Positions 17,896-24,000 of a stretch of DNA of 24,000 nt are shown one piece after another. Each line of letters opens with the position of its first letter. The stretch's first letter is position 1. The notes under the pieces are model-generated. The model ran no database searches. It had not been told where the DNA came from and worked only from the letters and a program-made list of their open reading frames with translations. Location of the stretch: NCBI GenBank assembly GCA_946999425.1, contig CAMQDG010000001.1:36717-60716 (forward strand), read 5' to 3'. Origin of the DNA: an uncultured Peptoniphilus sp. GTDB lineage: Bacteria; Bacillota; Clostridia; Tissierellales; Peptoniphilaceae. A program made the translations under genes and the position numbers.

Positions 17896-18912
17896 TTATA
17901 AAACTCTTATAATAATGTCACTTAGAATATTTCTAAATAACGCAACTGAATCCAACAAATTGTGATAATCCATTCGCATAGGACCTAAAATCCCTATTTG
18001 ACCATGCTTTGATGGAACGTTAAGACCCGCTCTCACAATGGACATGTCTTTTAAAAGATCACTGTCATTTTCATCTCCTATGGATACGTCTATGCTGGAA
18101 TCTTCCATAGAGGAAAGTGCCTCAATAAATAAACTTCTATCTTCAAGTAAAGTCATAAAATTTTTTGCACCGGTAATGTCTTTAAAATCCAAAAAGTTTA
18201 AGACATTTCCCAATCCGTCATAATAAATATCCACTGATTTTATGTGAGAATTAAAAGTGCTTGCACGTTTTATCACATCATAGATAAAATCTTTGTGTTT
18301 TAAAAGTTCTCCTGTCACAGTAACTTTCATCTCTTCAATTTCATTAAATTCAATTTGTGTAAGCTCAGAGTTTAGATAAGCCTTTATCATATTAAGTTCA
18401 CTATTTTTTATTGGAAATTTTAAACTTATAATATCTTTTTCAACGACTCCCCTATTTCCTATAAGAAGAATGAGGACTAAAGTTTCATCCAACTTCAAAA
18501 GCTCAATGTGATTAATTTTTGTATCTCTTTTTTTTGGAGTGATTATAAAGGAAACGCAATTTGTATAATTTGCAAGTTCCTTTACAGTATTTTTATAAAT
18601 ATCCTCAATGCTCATGGCATCTGACAAAATCCTGCCCTTGAGTCTATTGTTTAAAAAATCATTTCCATTAAAAATTTGAAGAATTTCATCAACATAAAAT
18701 CTATAAGCCTTAGTAGATGGTACCCTACCCGCTGAAGTATGGGGTTTGTTTAAATAACCTAAATCTTCAAGATCTGCCATTTCATTTCTAATAGTAGCAG
18801 AACTTATTCCCAGTCCTGATTCTTTTGAAATAGTTCCAGATCCTACAGGCACAGCGGACTTAATATAGGATTTTATAATTGTATTTAAAATTTCAATTTT
18901 TCTTTTATCCAT
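17896..18912 (-). CDS. hrcA: Heat-inducible transcription repressor HrcA
   Basis: 338 aa. N-terminal winged-helix region VPVGSGTISKESGLGISSATIRNEMADLEDLGYLNKPHTSAGRVPS. First gene of the hrcA-grpE-dnaK-dnaJ order, with CIRCE operators immediately upstream. Confidence 0.95.
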   Translation of the reverse strand: MDKRKIEILNTIIKSYIKSAVPVGSGTISKESGLGISSATIRNEMADLEDLGYLNKPHTSAGRVPSTKAYRFYVDEILQIFNGNDFLNNRLKGRILSDAMSIEDIYKNTVKELANYTNCVSFIITPKKRDTKINHIELLKLDETLVLILLIGNRGVVEKDIISLKFPIKNSELNMIKAYLNSELTQIEFNEIEEMKVTVTGELLKHKDFIYDVIKRASTFNSHIKSVDIYYDGLGNVLNFLDFKDITGAKNFMTLLEDRSLFIEALSSMEDSSIDVSIGDENDSDLLKDMSIVRAGLNVPSKHGQIGILGPMRMDYHNLLDSVALFRNILSDIIIRVL

Positions 18913-18932
18913 AATAAATCATCCACCTTTCC

Positions 18933-18959
18933 TTAGCACTTATTAAGTGCGAGTGCTAA
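18933..18959. promoter_or_regulatory. CIRCE operator 1 (promoter-proximal; predicted 5' UTR of hrcA)
   Basis: TTAGCACTT-ATTAAGTGC-GAGTGCTAA versus consensus TTAGCACTC-N9-GAGTGCTAA (one mismatch). It lies 21 nt upstream of the hrcA ATG. Confidence 0.9.
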
Positions 18960-18970
18960 AGCTTATCTAT

Positions 18971-18999
18971 ATAATATAAAAGTTATTAGCACTTGTCAA
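18971..18999 (-). promoter_or_regulatory. Sigma-A-type promoter of the hrcA-dnaK operon
   Basis: Minus strand has TTGACA (18999-18994), a 17-nt spacer, then TATTAT (18976-18971). An A/T-rich UP-like tract lies further upstream (19013-19060). Confidence 0.7.
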
Positions 19000-19012
19000 G
19001 CTTAAGTGCTAA
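18986..19012. promoter_or_regulatory. CIRCE operator 2 (distal; overlaps the -35 hexamer)
   Basis: TTAGCACTT-GTCAAGCTT-AAGTGCTAA, a perfect 9-bp inverted repeat with N9 spacing and two deviations from consensus. The -35 TTGACA sits at the arm/spacer junction. Confidence 0.8.
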
Positions 19013-19065
19013 TTTTTTAAAAAAATTTTTTTAAATTAAAATTTTTTTAAGTTTTTAAATCTATA

Positions 19066-19074
19066 TGTTAAAAT
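19066..19074 (+). promoter_or_regulatory. Candidate extended -10 promoter element for lepB-lepA-hemW
   Basis: TGtTAAAAT about 37 nt upstream of the lepB ATG. The -35 is weak (TTTAAG at 17-nt spacing). The AT-rich context lowers specificity. Confidence 0.35.
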
Positions 19075-19110
19075 TAAAGTTACTAAAATTAGTCTTTAAG
19101 GAGATTTTTA

Positions 19111-19677
19111 ATGTCAAAAGAAAATTTATCTATAATTAAAACTATAATAATTGCAATAGTAATTGGTCTTTTAATAAGAAATTTTGTTTTTACCATTGCA
19201 TCTGTAAATGGAAAATCTATGTATCCCACTTTAAATCATGGAGACAAATTATTTTGTTTATCCTATAAAAAATATGGAAAAGTGAAAAGAGGAGATATTG
19301 TTGTAGTAAGTCCACCTATAAAAGGAGAAAGAAGAAAGTTTATAAAAAGAGTTATAGGCCTTCCTGGAGAAACTATAAAGTTTGAAGGTGGTCAAGTTTA
19401 TATAGACGGAAAACTAATTGAAGAATCCTATATAGGTGATAATTTAACAGACTCTCTTATAAGTTACCCTTCTTTGGTGGAAGGTTTTGTAAAATCTGAT
19501 GAATATAAATTAAAGGATGACCAATATTTTATAATGGGTGACAATAGAGAAAATTCAGAGGATTCAAGAGAGTTCGGCCCTATTACAAAAAAGAACATAA
19601 AAAGTATTGTTGCCTTTAGAATACTTCCCTTTAATCAAAGAGGGAAAATAAACTCTGAATATAAATTAGGAGATTAA
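19111..19677 (+). CDS. lepB: Signal peptidase I
   Basis: 188 aa. N-terminal TM anchor, catalytic Ser box NGKSMYPTL, Lys box KRVIGLPGE, and GDNRENSEDSR. RBS AAGGAGA. Confidence 0.94.
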   Translation: MSKENLSIIKTIIIAIVIGLLIRNFVFTIASVNGKSMYPTLNHGDKLFCLSYKKYGKVKRGDIVVVSPPIKGERRKFIKRVIGLPGETIKFEGGQVYIDGKLIEESYIGDNLTDSLISYPSLVEGFVKSDEYKLKDDQYFIMGDNRENSEDSREFGPITKKNIKSIVAFRILPFNQRGKINSEYKLGD

Positions 19678-21483
19678 ATGGACAGACAAAAAAGAATTAG
19701 AAATTTTTCAATAATTGCACATATTGACCACGGTAAAAGCACTCTTGCAGACAGATTAATAGAAAAAACTGGAATGCTTACAAAAAGAGAAATGAACAAT
19801 CAGGTTTTAGATTCTATGGATCTGGAAAAAGAAAGAGGAATCACAATAAAACTTAAGGCTGTTCGTCTTGTTTACACTGATAAAAATGGTGAAGAGTATC
19901 TTTTTAATTTAATAGATACTCCCGGTCATGTCGACTTTAATTATGAAGTTTCAAGGTCGCTTGCAGCTTGTGAAGGAGCTCTTGTTGTAGTTGACTCCAC
20001 TCAGGGTGTAGAGGCTCAAACCCTTGCCAATGTCTATCTTGCCATTGATCAGGACCTGGAACTTGTTCCTATAATAAATAAAATAGATCTGCCCAGTGCA
20101 AGACCTGATGAAGTAAAAAAAGAAATCGAAGATATAATTGGAATTGATACTGAAAATGCTCCTTTAATATCTGCCAAAACAGGACTTAATATTCAGGATG
20201 TAATTGACAGTATTATTTCCCATATACCTGCACCATCAGGAGATGAAAATGCACCCCTTAAAGCCCTTATATTTGATTCCTATTACGATTCTTACAGGGG
20301 GGTTATATGCTATGTAAGAGTAAAAGATGGAATTATAAAACCTGGTGACACAATAGAGATGATGTCCACAAAAAATACCTTTGAAGTTGTGGAAGTAGGT
20401 GTGACTGCAAATGGGCTTATAAGTCTTGATAAATTAAGAGCAGGCGATGTAGGTTATATAACTGCATCAATAAAGAATGTAAAGGATGCAAGAGTTGGGG
20501 ATACTATAACAAATCCTTCAAATCCTACAAAAGAACCCTTCCCTGGTTATAAAAAGGTAGTTCCTATGGTTTTTTGTGGTATTTATCCTGGCGAGGGAGA
20601 AAATTATCAGGAATTAAGAGAAGCTCTTGAAAAATTACAGGTAAATGATGCTGCTCTTTCTTTTGAAGCTGAAACTTCTGTTGCCTTAGGATTCGGATTT
20701 AGATGCGGATTTTTAGGTCTACTTCATATGGAAATAATTCAAGAAAGACTTGAGAGAGAATTTAATTTAAATTTAGTAACAACAGCTCCTTCAGTAATTT
20801 ATAAAATTATGAAAACTGATGGAAATTTAATAGAAATTCAAAATCCTACAAATCTTCCAGATTTAAGTGAAATTTCTTTTATGGAAGAACCTATTGTCAG
20901 AGCTGAAATTATGACTCCCACTGATTATGTTGGTGCCATAATGGACTTATGTCAAAATAGGCGGGGAACTTTTATAGATATGGAATATCTTGAAGAAACA
21001 AGGGCTTTAATAAAATATGATCTTCCCTTAAATGAAGTAATTTATGATTTTTTTGATGCTTTAAAATCAAAAACCAGAGGTTACGCAAGTTACGACTATG
21101 AATTAAATGGATACAAGGAATCTGAACTGGTAAAACTTGACATTTTAATTAATGGAGAATTAATTGACGCCTTTTCCATGATAGTTCACAGGGATAGTGC
21201 CTATGCAAGGGGTAGAAAAATTTGCGAAAAACTAAAGGATGTAATACCCAGAAAACAATTTGCAATACCTATTCAAGCTGCCATAGGTTCAAAAATTATA
21301 GCAAGAGAAACTATAAGAGCCCTTAGAAAAGATGTAACGGCAAAATGTTACGGTGGAGATATTTCAAGAAAAAGAAAACTTTTAGAAAAACAAAAGGAAG
21401 GAAAGAAAAAAATGAGAATGATAGGCTCAGTAGAACTTCCTCAAGAAGCTTTTTTAACAGTTTTAAAATACGACGAAGAATGA
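19678..21483 (+). CDS. lepA: Translation elongation factor 4 (LepA)
   Basis: 601 aa. GTPase motifs [26 protein letters not shown], plus the LepA-specific C-terminal domain. The start abuts the lepB stop (TAAATG) with RBS GGAGA. Confidence 0.98.
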   Translation: MDRQKRIRNFSIIAHIDHGKSTLADRLIEKTGMLTKREMNNQVLDSMDLEKERGITIKLKAVRLVYTDKNGEEYLFNLIDTPGHVDFNYEVSRSLAACEGALVVVDSTQGVEAQTLANVYLAIDQDLELVPIINKIDLPSARPDEVKKEIEDIIGIDTENAPLISAKTGLNIQDVIDSIISHIPAPSGDENAPLKALIFDSYYDSYRGVICYVRVKDGIIKPGDTIEMMSTKNTFEVVEVGVTANGLISLDKLRAGDVGYITASIKNVKDARVGDTITNPSNPTKEPFPGYKKVVPMVFCGIYPGEGENYQELREALEKLQVNDAALSFEAETSVALGFGFRCGFLGLLHMEIIQERLEREFNLNLVTTAPSVIYKIMKTDGNLIEIQNPTNLPDLSEISFMEEPIVRAEIMTPTDYVGAIMDLCQNRRGTFIDMEYLEETRALIKYDLPLNEVIYDFFDALKSKTRGYASYDYELNGYKESELVKLDILINGELIDAFSMIVHRDSAYARGRKICEKLKDVIPRKQFAIPIQAAIGSKIIARETIRALRKDVTAKCYGGDISRKRKLLEKQKEGKKKMRMIGSVELPQEAFLTVLKYDEE

Positions 21484-22589
21484 AAGAGGGCATTTATATC
21501 CATATTCCCTACTGTCAAAGAAAATGTAAATACTGTGATTTTTTATCTTTTGCAAACTTTGACAATGTGGAAAAATATATAAACTACCTTATAAGAGAAA
21601 TAGAAATTTTTCCTCCCCATGAAATTTCATCAATATTTATAGGCGGTGGCACTCCTTCTGCAATAGATGGAGTTTACATTGAAAAAATAATGGCTACATT
21701 AAAAAATTTTATAAAAGATGAAATTGAAATAACAATTGAAGCAAATCCCAATTCATTAACTGAAAAAAAAGTCCTTTCTTATAAAAGGGCAGGGATAAAT
21801 AGAATTTCCATGGGTGCCCAAAGTTCCAATGATACAATTTTAAAAACAATAGGAAGACTTCACAAGCGAGAAGATGTTTTTAAAGCTGTAAAATTAATAA
21901 AAAAATACGGTTTTACTAATTTTAATTTGGATTTTATGCTGGATCTGCCTGGACAAACTTTAGAAGATATTAAAAATACCCTTGAAGATATAAAAATTTT
22001 AAATCCTGAACATATTTCTTATTACTCTTTAATTTTAGAAGATGGAACTCCTTTAAAAAAAGAATATTTAGAGGGAAAAATTAAAATTCCTTCTACAAAA
22101 AAAGATAGGCAAATGTACAGGTATCTTGTAAAAAATTTAGAAAAAATCGGCTACAAACAGTATGAAACTTCAAACTTTGCGAAAAATTCTCCTTCCTCTC
22201 ACAACCTATCTTATTGGAAACTTAAAGACTATATAGGATATGGTCTTAATGCTCATTCAAACCTTGGTTTAAAAAGATTTTACAACACCGGAAATTTTGA
22301 AGAATATTTTTCCCTGATAGATCAAAATAAAAAACCCACCCTGGAAGTTGAAAATTTGACAAAAAAAGATAGAATTAACGAATATTTTATAATGGGGCTT
22401 AGACTTACAGAGGGTATAGACCTTTTAGAAGCTTCAAAAAAATTTGAAATGGATCTTTTTTCCTACTATAAGGAAGCAATAGAAAATAATATAAAATATA
22501 AAACTTTAATAAAAAAAGAAAATAAAATCTTTCTTACCACTTACGGTAAAGATGTTGCAAACCAAGTAGAACTTGATTTTATGAAATAA
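21480..22589 (+). CDS. hemW: Radical-SAM heme chaperone HemW (HemN-like oxygen-independent coproporphyrinogen oxidase family)
   Basis: The track ORF begins at 21345 inside lepA. The ATG at 21480 overlaps the lepA TGA (ATGA) and gives [21 protein letters not shown], the canonical HemW N-terminus with CxxxCxxC, for a 369-aa protein. Conserved lepA-hemW pairing. Confidence 0.9.
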   Translation: MKEGIYIHIPYCQRKCKYCDFLSFANFDNVEKYINYLIREIEIFPPHEISSIFIGGGTPSAIDGVYIEKIMATLKNFIKDEIEITIEANPNSLTEKKVLSYKRAGINRISMGAQSSNDTILKTIGRLHKREDVFKAVKLIKKYGFTNFNLDFMLDLPGQTLEDIKNTLEDIKILNPEHISYYSLILEDGTPLKKEYLEGKIKIPSTKKDRQMYRYLVKNLEKIGYKQYETSNFAKNSPSSHNLSYWKLKDYIGYGLNAHSNLGLKRFYNTGNFEEYFSLIDQNKKPTLEVENLTKKDRINEYFIMGLRLTEGIDLLEASKKFEMDLFSYYKEAIENNIKYKTLIKKENKIFLTTYGKDVANQVELDFMK

Positions 22590-22592
22590 ATC

Positions 22593-22621
22593 TTGCAATG
22601 ATAATGTTCGGGTGGTAAAAT
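22593..22621 (+). promoter_or_regulatory. Sigma-A-type promoter for rpsT
   Basis: TTGCAA (22593-22598), a 17-nt spacer, then TAAAAT (22616-22621), followed by RBS GGAGGTGA. Confidence 0.55.
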
Positions 22622-22658
22622 ATTAAGAGCTTTAAAGAATAATTGGAGGTGAATTTGA

Positions 22659-22925
22659 GTGGCAAATATTAAGTCTGCTATTAAGAGAATACAAGTTGGT
22701 AAGAGAAATACTCTTAAAAATAAAATAAAAAGAACTGAAATAAAAACAGCAATTAAAAAATTTGAATCAGCCCTTTCTTTAGGAAAAGTTGAAGAAGCAA
22801 AAGAATTGCTTAAAGATGTAGACAAGAAACTTAAAAAAGCTTCCGTTAAAAATATTATTCATAAAAACGCAGCTGCAAGAAAAGTTTCAAGACTTACAAA
22901 AAAATTAAACAAATTAGTAAAATAA
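22659..22925 (+). CDS. rpsT: 30S ribosomal protein S20
   Basis: 88 aa, basic, N-terminal ANIKSAIKR signature. GTG start with GGAGGTGA 6 nt upstream. Confidence 0.96.
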   Translation: MANIKSAIKRIQVGKRNTLKNKIKRTEIKTAIKKFESALSLGKVEEAKELLKDVDKKLKKASVKNIIHKNAAARKVSRLTKKLNKLVK

Positions 22926-22940
22926 AATTTTAAATTTTAA

Positions 22941-22972
22941 AATAGCTTGGACCTGATCCAAGCTATTTTTTT
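22941..22972. terminator. Rho-independent terminator after rpsT, shared with the convergent gene
   Basis: Perfect 11-bp stem aatagcttgga (22941-22951) / tccaagctatt (22957-22967), loop cctga, then a T-run to 22972 on the plus strand. The A/T-rich flank on the other side could serve the convergent minus-strand gene, less efficiently. Confidence 0.85.
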
Positions 22973-22980
22973 AATTAATT

Positions 22981-23622
22981 TTAATTAATTTCAATTGTAT
23001 TAAGACTAAAAGTATTAAAAGAATTTATTGAATGACTAAATCTCGTGTAATCCAAAAATCTTTTTTGACTTGACCAGTTGTCCATGACTTCAAGAATTTT
23101 TATTTTCATTCCCCTATAATTTAAAATTATATAACCGCTTATAGTTATAGAATGGTTTTTATAAGCCCCAAAAACTATATTCATAATAAGAGGCCTTCGC
23201 TTATCCAACTCACTTTTTATAGGCCTATAAAAATTTCCTAAATAATGTCCCCTTACCTTTCCTTTAACTTTATATTCTTTAAAAACATCCTTCACAATGT
23301 TTGAAATCATAATTGGCATAGTGCCAAAGGCTTCATTAAAAAAATATTTTTTCCCACTCTTATAAATATCTTCATAAAGTACTTCTTTACTTTCTGGCAA
23401 AACTTGAAACTTATCTATGTTGTACATAAGAACCCTTAAAATCGAAGTTAGAGTACAATTATTTTTTTGATTTTTAAAATCCATCTGGGTAAAATTATCA
23501 AGCTTTAAACTTACATTAGCTAAAACTTCCGCTTCCTTATAATTCTTTTCAATATATTCCGGTAAATTTTTTATTATTTCATAGTCATTTATCTTATTTT
23601 TTAAATTTCTTATAATTTTCAT
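22981..23622 (-). CDS. Hypothetical protein; possible cytoplasmic papain-fold (C39-like) cysteine peptidase/amidase
   Basis: The track ORF extends to 23694, but the ATG at 23622 is preceded by AAGGTGAT, giving 213 aa (MKIIRNLKN...). Motif order resembles C39-like/papain-fold enzymes: Q...NNCTLTSILRVLMY (candidate nucleophile Cys), RRPLIMNIV, NHSITISGY (candidate His), and EVMDNW (candidate Asp/Asn). No signal peptide or TM segment is visible. The family call is pattern recognition only. Confidence 0.55.
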   Translation of the reverse strand: MKIIRNLKNKINDYEIIKNLPEYIEKNYKEAEVLANVSLKLDNFTQMDFKNQKNNCTLTSILRVLMYNIDKFQVLPESKEVLYEDIYKSGKKYFFNEAFGTMPIMISNIVKDVFKEYKVKGKVRGHYLGNFYRPIKSELDKRRPLIMNIVFGAYKNHSITISGYIILNYRGMKIKILEVMDNWSSQKRFLDYTRFSHSINSFNTFSLNTIEIN

Positions 23623-23666
23623 TTCATCACCTTTTTTATTATAGAAAATATTTTTTATAAATTTTC

Positions 23667-23695
23667 TTGACAAGTATATATAGCGAGTATACACT
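23667..23695 (+). promoter_or_regulatory. Candidate sigma-A promoter of the GntR/YtrA-type regulator gene
   Basis: TTGACA (23667-23672), a 17-nt spacer, then TACACT (23690-23695). RBS GGAGG at 23715-23719. Confidence 0.5.
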
Positions 23696-23714
23696 GTATA
23701 TACACGATATATAC
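23674..23714. promoter_or_regulatory. Cluster of GTATA(T/C)A repeats and palindromes; candidate operator of the adjacent GntR-family regulator
   Basis: GTATATA (23674), GTATACA (23687, containing the palindrome GTATAC), the perfect 10-bp palindrome TGTATATACA (23695-23704), and ATATATAC (23707). The outer arms GTATATATAGCG / CGATATATAC are an imperfect inverted repeat. The cluster spans the spacer, -10 and predicted TSS. Confidence 0.45.
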
Positions 23715-23724
23715 GGAGGCCTTT

Positions 23725-24000
23725 ATGTATATAATAATTTCAAACTCAAAAGACAAACCTATCTATGAGCAAATTAAAGATGAAATAAAAAATCAAATCA
23801 TAGATGGAACTTTAAAAGCTCATGATCCTCTTCCTTCCATGAGATCTCTTGCAAAAGATTTGAGAGTTTCAGTTATAACCACAAAACGTGCTTATAATGA
23901 TTTGGAAAATGAAGGATTTATTGTAAGCCTTGCAGGAAAAGGAACCTATGTTGCTGGAAAAAGTTCTGAGTTTGCAAGAGAAGAAAGATTAAAAGCAATT
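23725..24000 (+). CDS. GntR-family transcriptional regulator, YtrA subfamily (N-terminal winged-HTH; truncated by the window's right edge)
   Basis: Not in the ORF track because it has no stop in the window. Hand translation from ATG 23725 gives MYIIISNSKDKPIYEQIKDEIKNQIIDGTLKAHDPLPSMRSLAKDLRVSVITTKRAYNDLENEGFIVSLAGKGTYVAGKSSEF. PIYxQI...LPSxRxLAxxLxVSxxTxxRAYxxLexeGfi is the GntR wHTH signature. A short effector part after the HTH is typical of YtrA-type members. Confidence 0.88.
   Translation, partial: MYIIISNSKDKPIYEQIKDEIKNQIIDGTLKAHDPLPSMRSLAKDLRVSVITTKRAYNDLENEGFIVSLAGKGTYVAGKSSEFAREERLKAI

Noticed and set aside
18913-19110. The divergent strand switch with A/T-rich tracts as a possible replication origin
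   Set aside because: There is no cluster of DnaA boxes (TTATCCACA-like) and no dnaA/dnaN nearby. The region is fully explained by two divergent promoters plus CIRCE operators. The T/A tracts are irregularly spaced (13, 16 and 10 bp), so I do not claim phased curvature.
19065-19139. 24-codon small ORF (MLKLKLLKLVFKEIFNVKRKFIYN) overlapping the lepB start in another frame
   Set aside because: It has no Shine-Dalgarno. Its ATG coincides with the candidate extended -10 element, so it is most likely chance in an AT-rich leader.
21345-21479. 45-codon upstream extension of hemW overlapping lepA by about 140 nt
   Set aside because: The extension is Lys/Arg-rich out-of-frame lepA sequence. The ATG at 21480 in an ATGA overlap with the lepA stop gives the canonical HemW start directly before the CxxxCxxC motif.
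22541-22825. 94-aa minus-strand ORF antisense to rpsT
   Set aside because: It is antisense to an unmistakable S20 gene and crosses the rpsT promoter/RBS region. It has no motif or SD.
23623-23694. 24-codon N-terminal extension of the hypothetical protein ORF (MYTRYIYLSRKF...)
   Set aside because: It would start inside the GntR promoter/operator repeats with no SD. The ATG at 23622 is preceded by AAGGTGAT.
1-24000. Search for CRISPR arrays, IS/transposase/integrase genes, tRNA/rRNA genes, toxin-antitoxin pairs, defence-system signatures or long repeats
   Set aside because: None seen. Every ORF longer than 100 aa outside antisense artefacts maps to a core function, apart from the single hypothetical at 22981-23622. 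Intergenic space is short and is accounted for by promoters, operators and terminators. I therefore do not claim a novel system in this window.

Overview
This is a strongly AT-rich, low-GC Firmicutes-type chromosomal segment; gene order and protein sequences look Clostridia/Tissierellia-like, but the genus cannot be determined from this window. It is almost wall-to-wall conserved housekeeping genes. I call 26 CDS, two of them truncated by the window edges.

Positions 1-18912 form one long co-directional minus-strand array that joins two classical blocks:
- hrcA-grpE-dnaK-dnaJ-prmA-rsmE-mtaB-HIT
- a MogA/MoaB-like gene, then yicC-gmk-rpoZ-coaBC-priA-def-fmt-Zn peptidase-rsmB-rlmN-PP2C phosphatase

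At about 19.0 kb the strand switches to lepB-lepA-hemW-rpsT on the plus strand. The right end holds the only non-core content: a 213-aa uncharacterised protein with a Cys/His papain-like motif pattern, divergent from a partial YtrA-type GntR regulator.

Non-coding features readable by eye:
- two CIRCE (HrcA) operators bracketing a consensus-like hrcA promoter
- intrinsic terminators after HIT, dnaJ, dnaK, rpsT and (weaker) coaBC
- near-consensus sigma-A promoters for prmA, rpsT and the GntR gene
- a cluster of GTATA(T/C)A repeats/palindromes over the GntR promoter

I found no tRNA/rRNA genes, CRISPR arrays, IS/transposase or integrase genes, or phage genes. I see no convincing evidence of a novel multi-gene system, so the findings are modest regulatory, architectural and annotation observations. 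All family calls rest on motif recognition in the supplied translations plus my own hand translation of the two edge-truncated genes. No database search was run.
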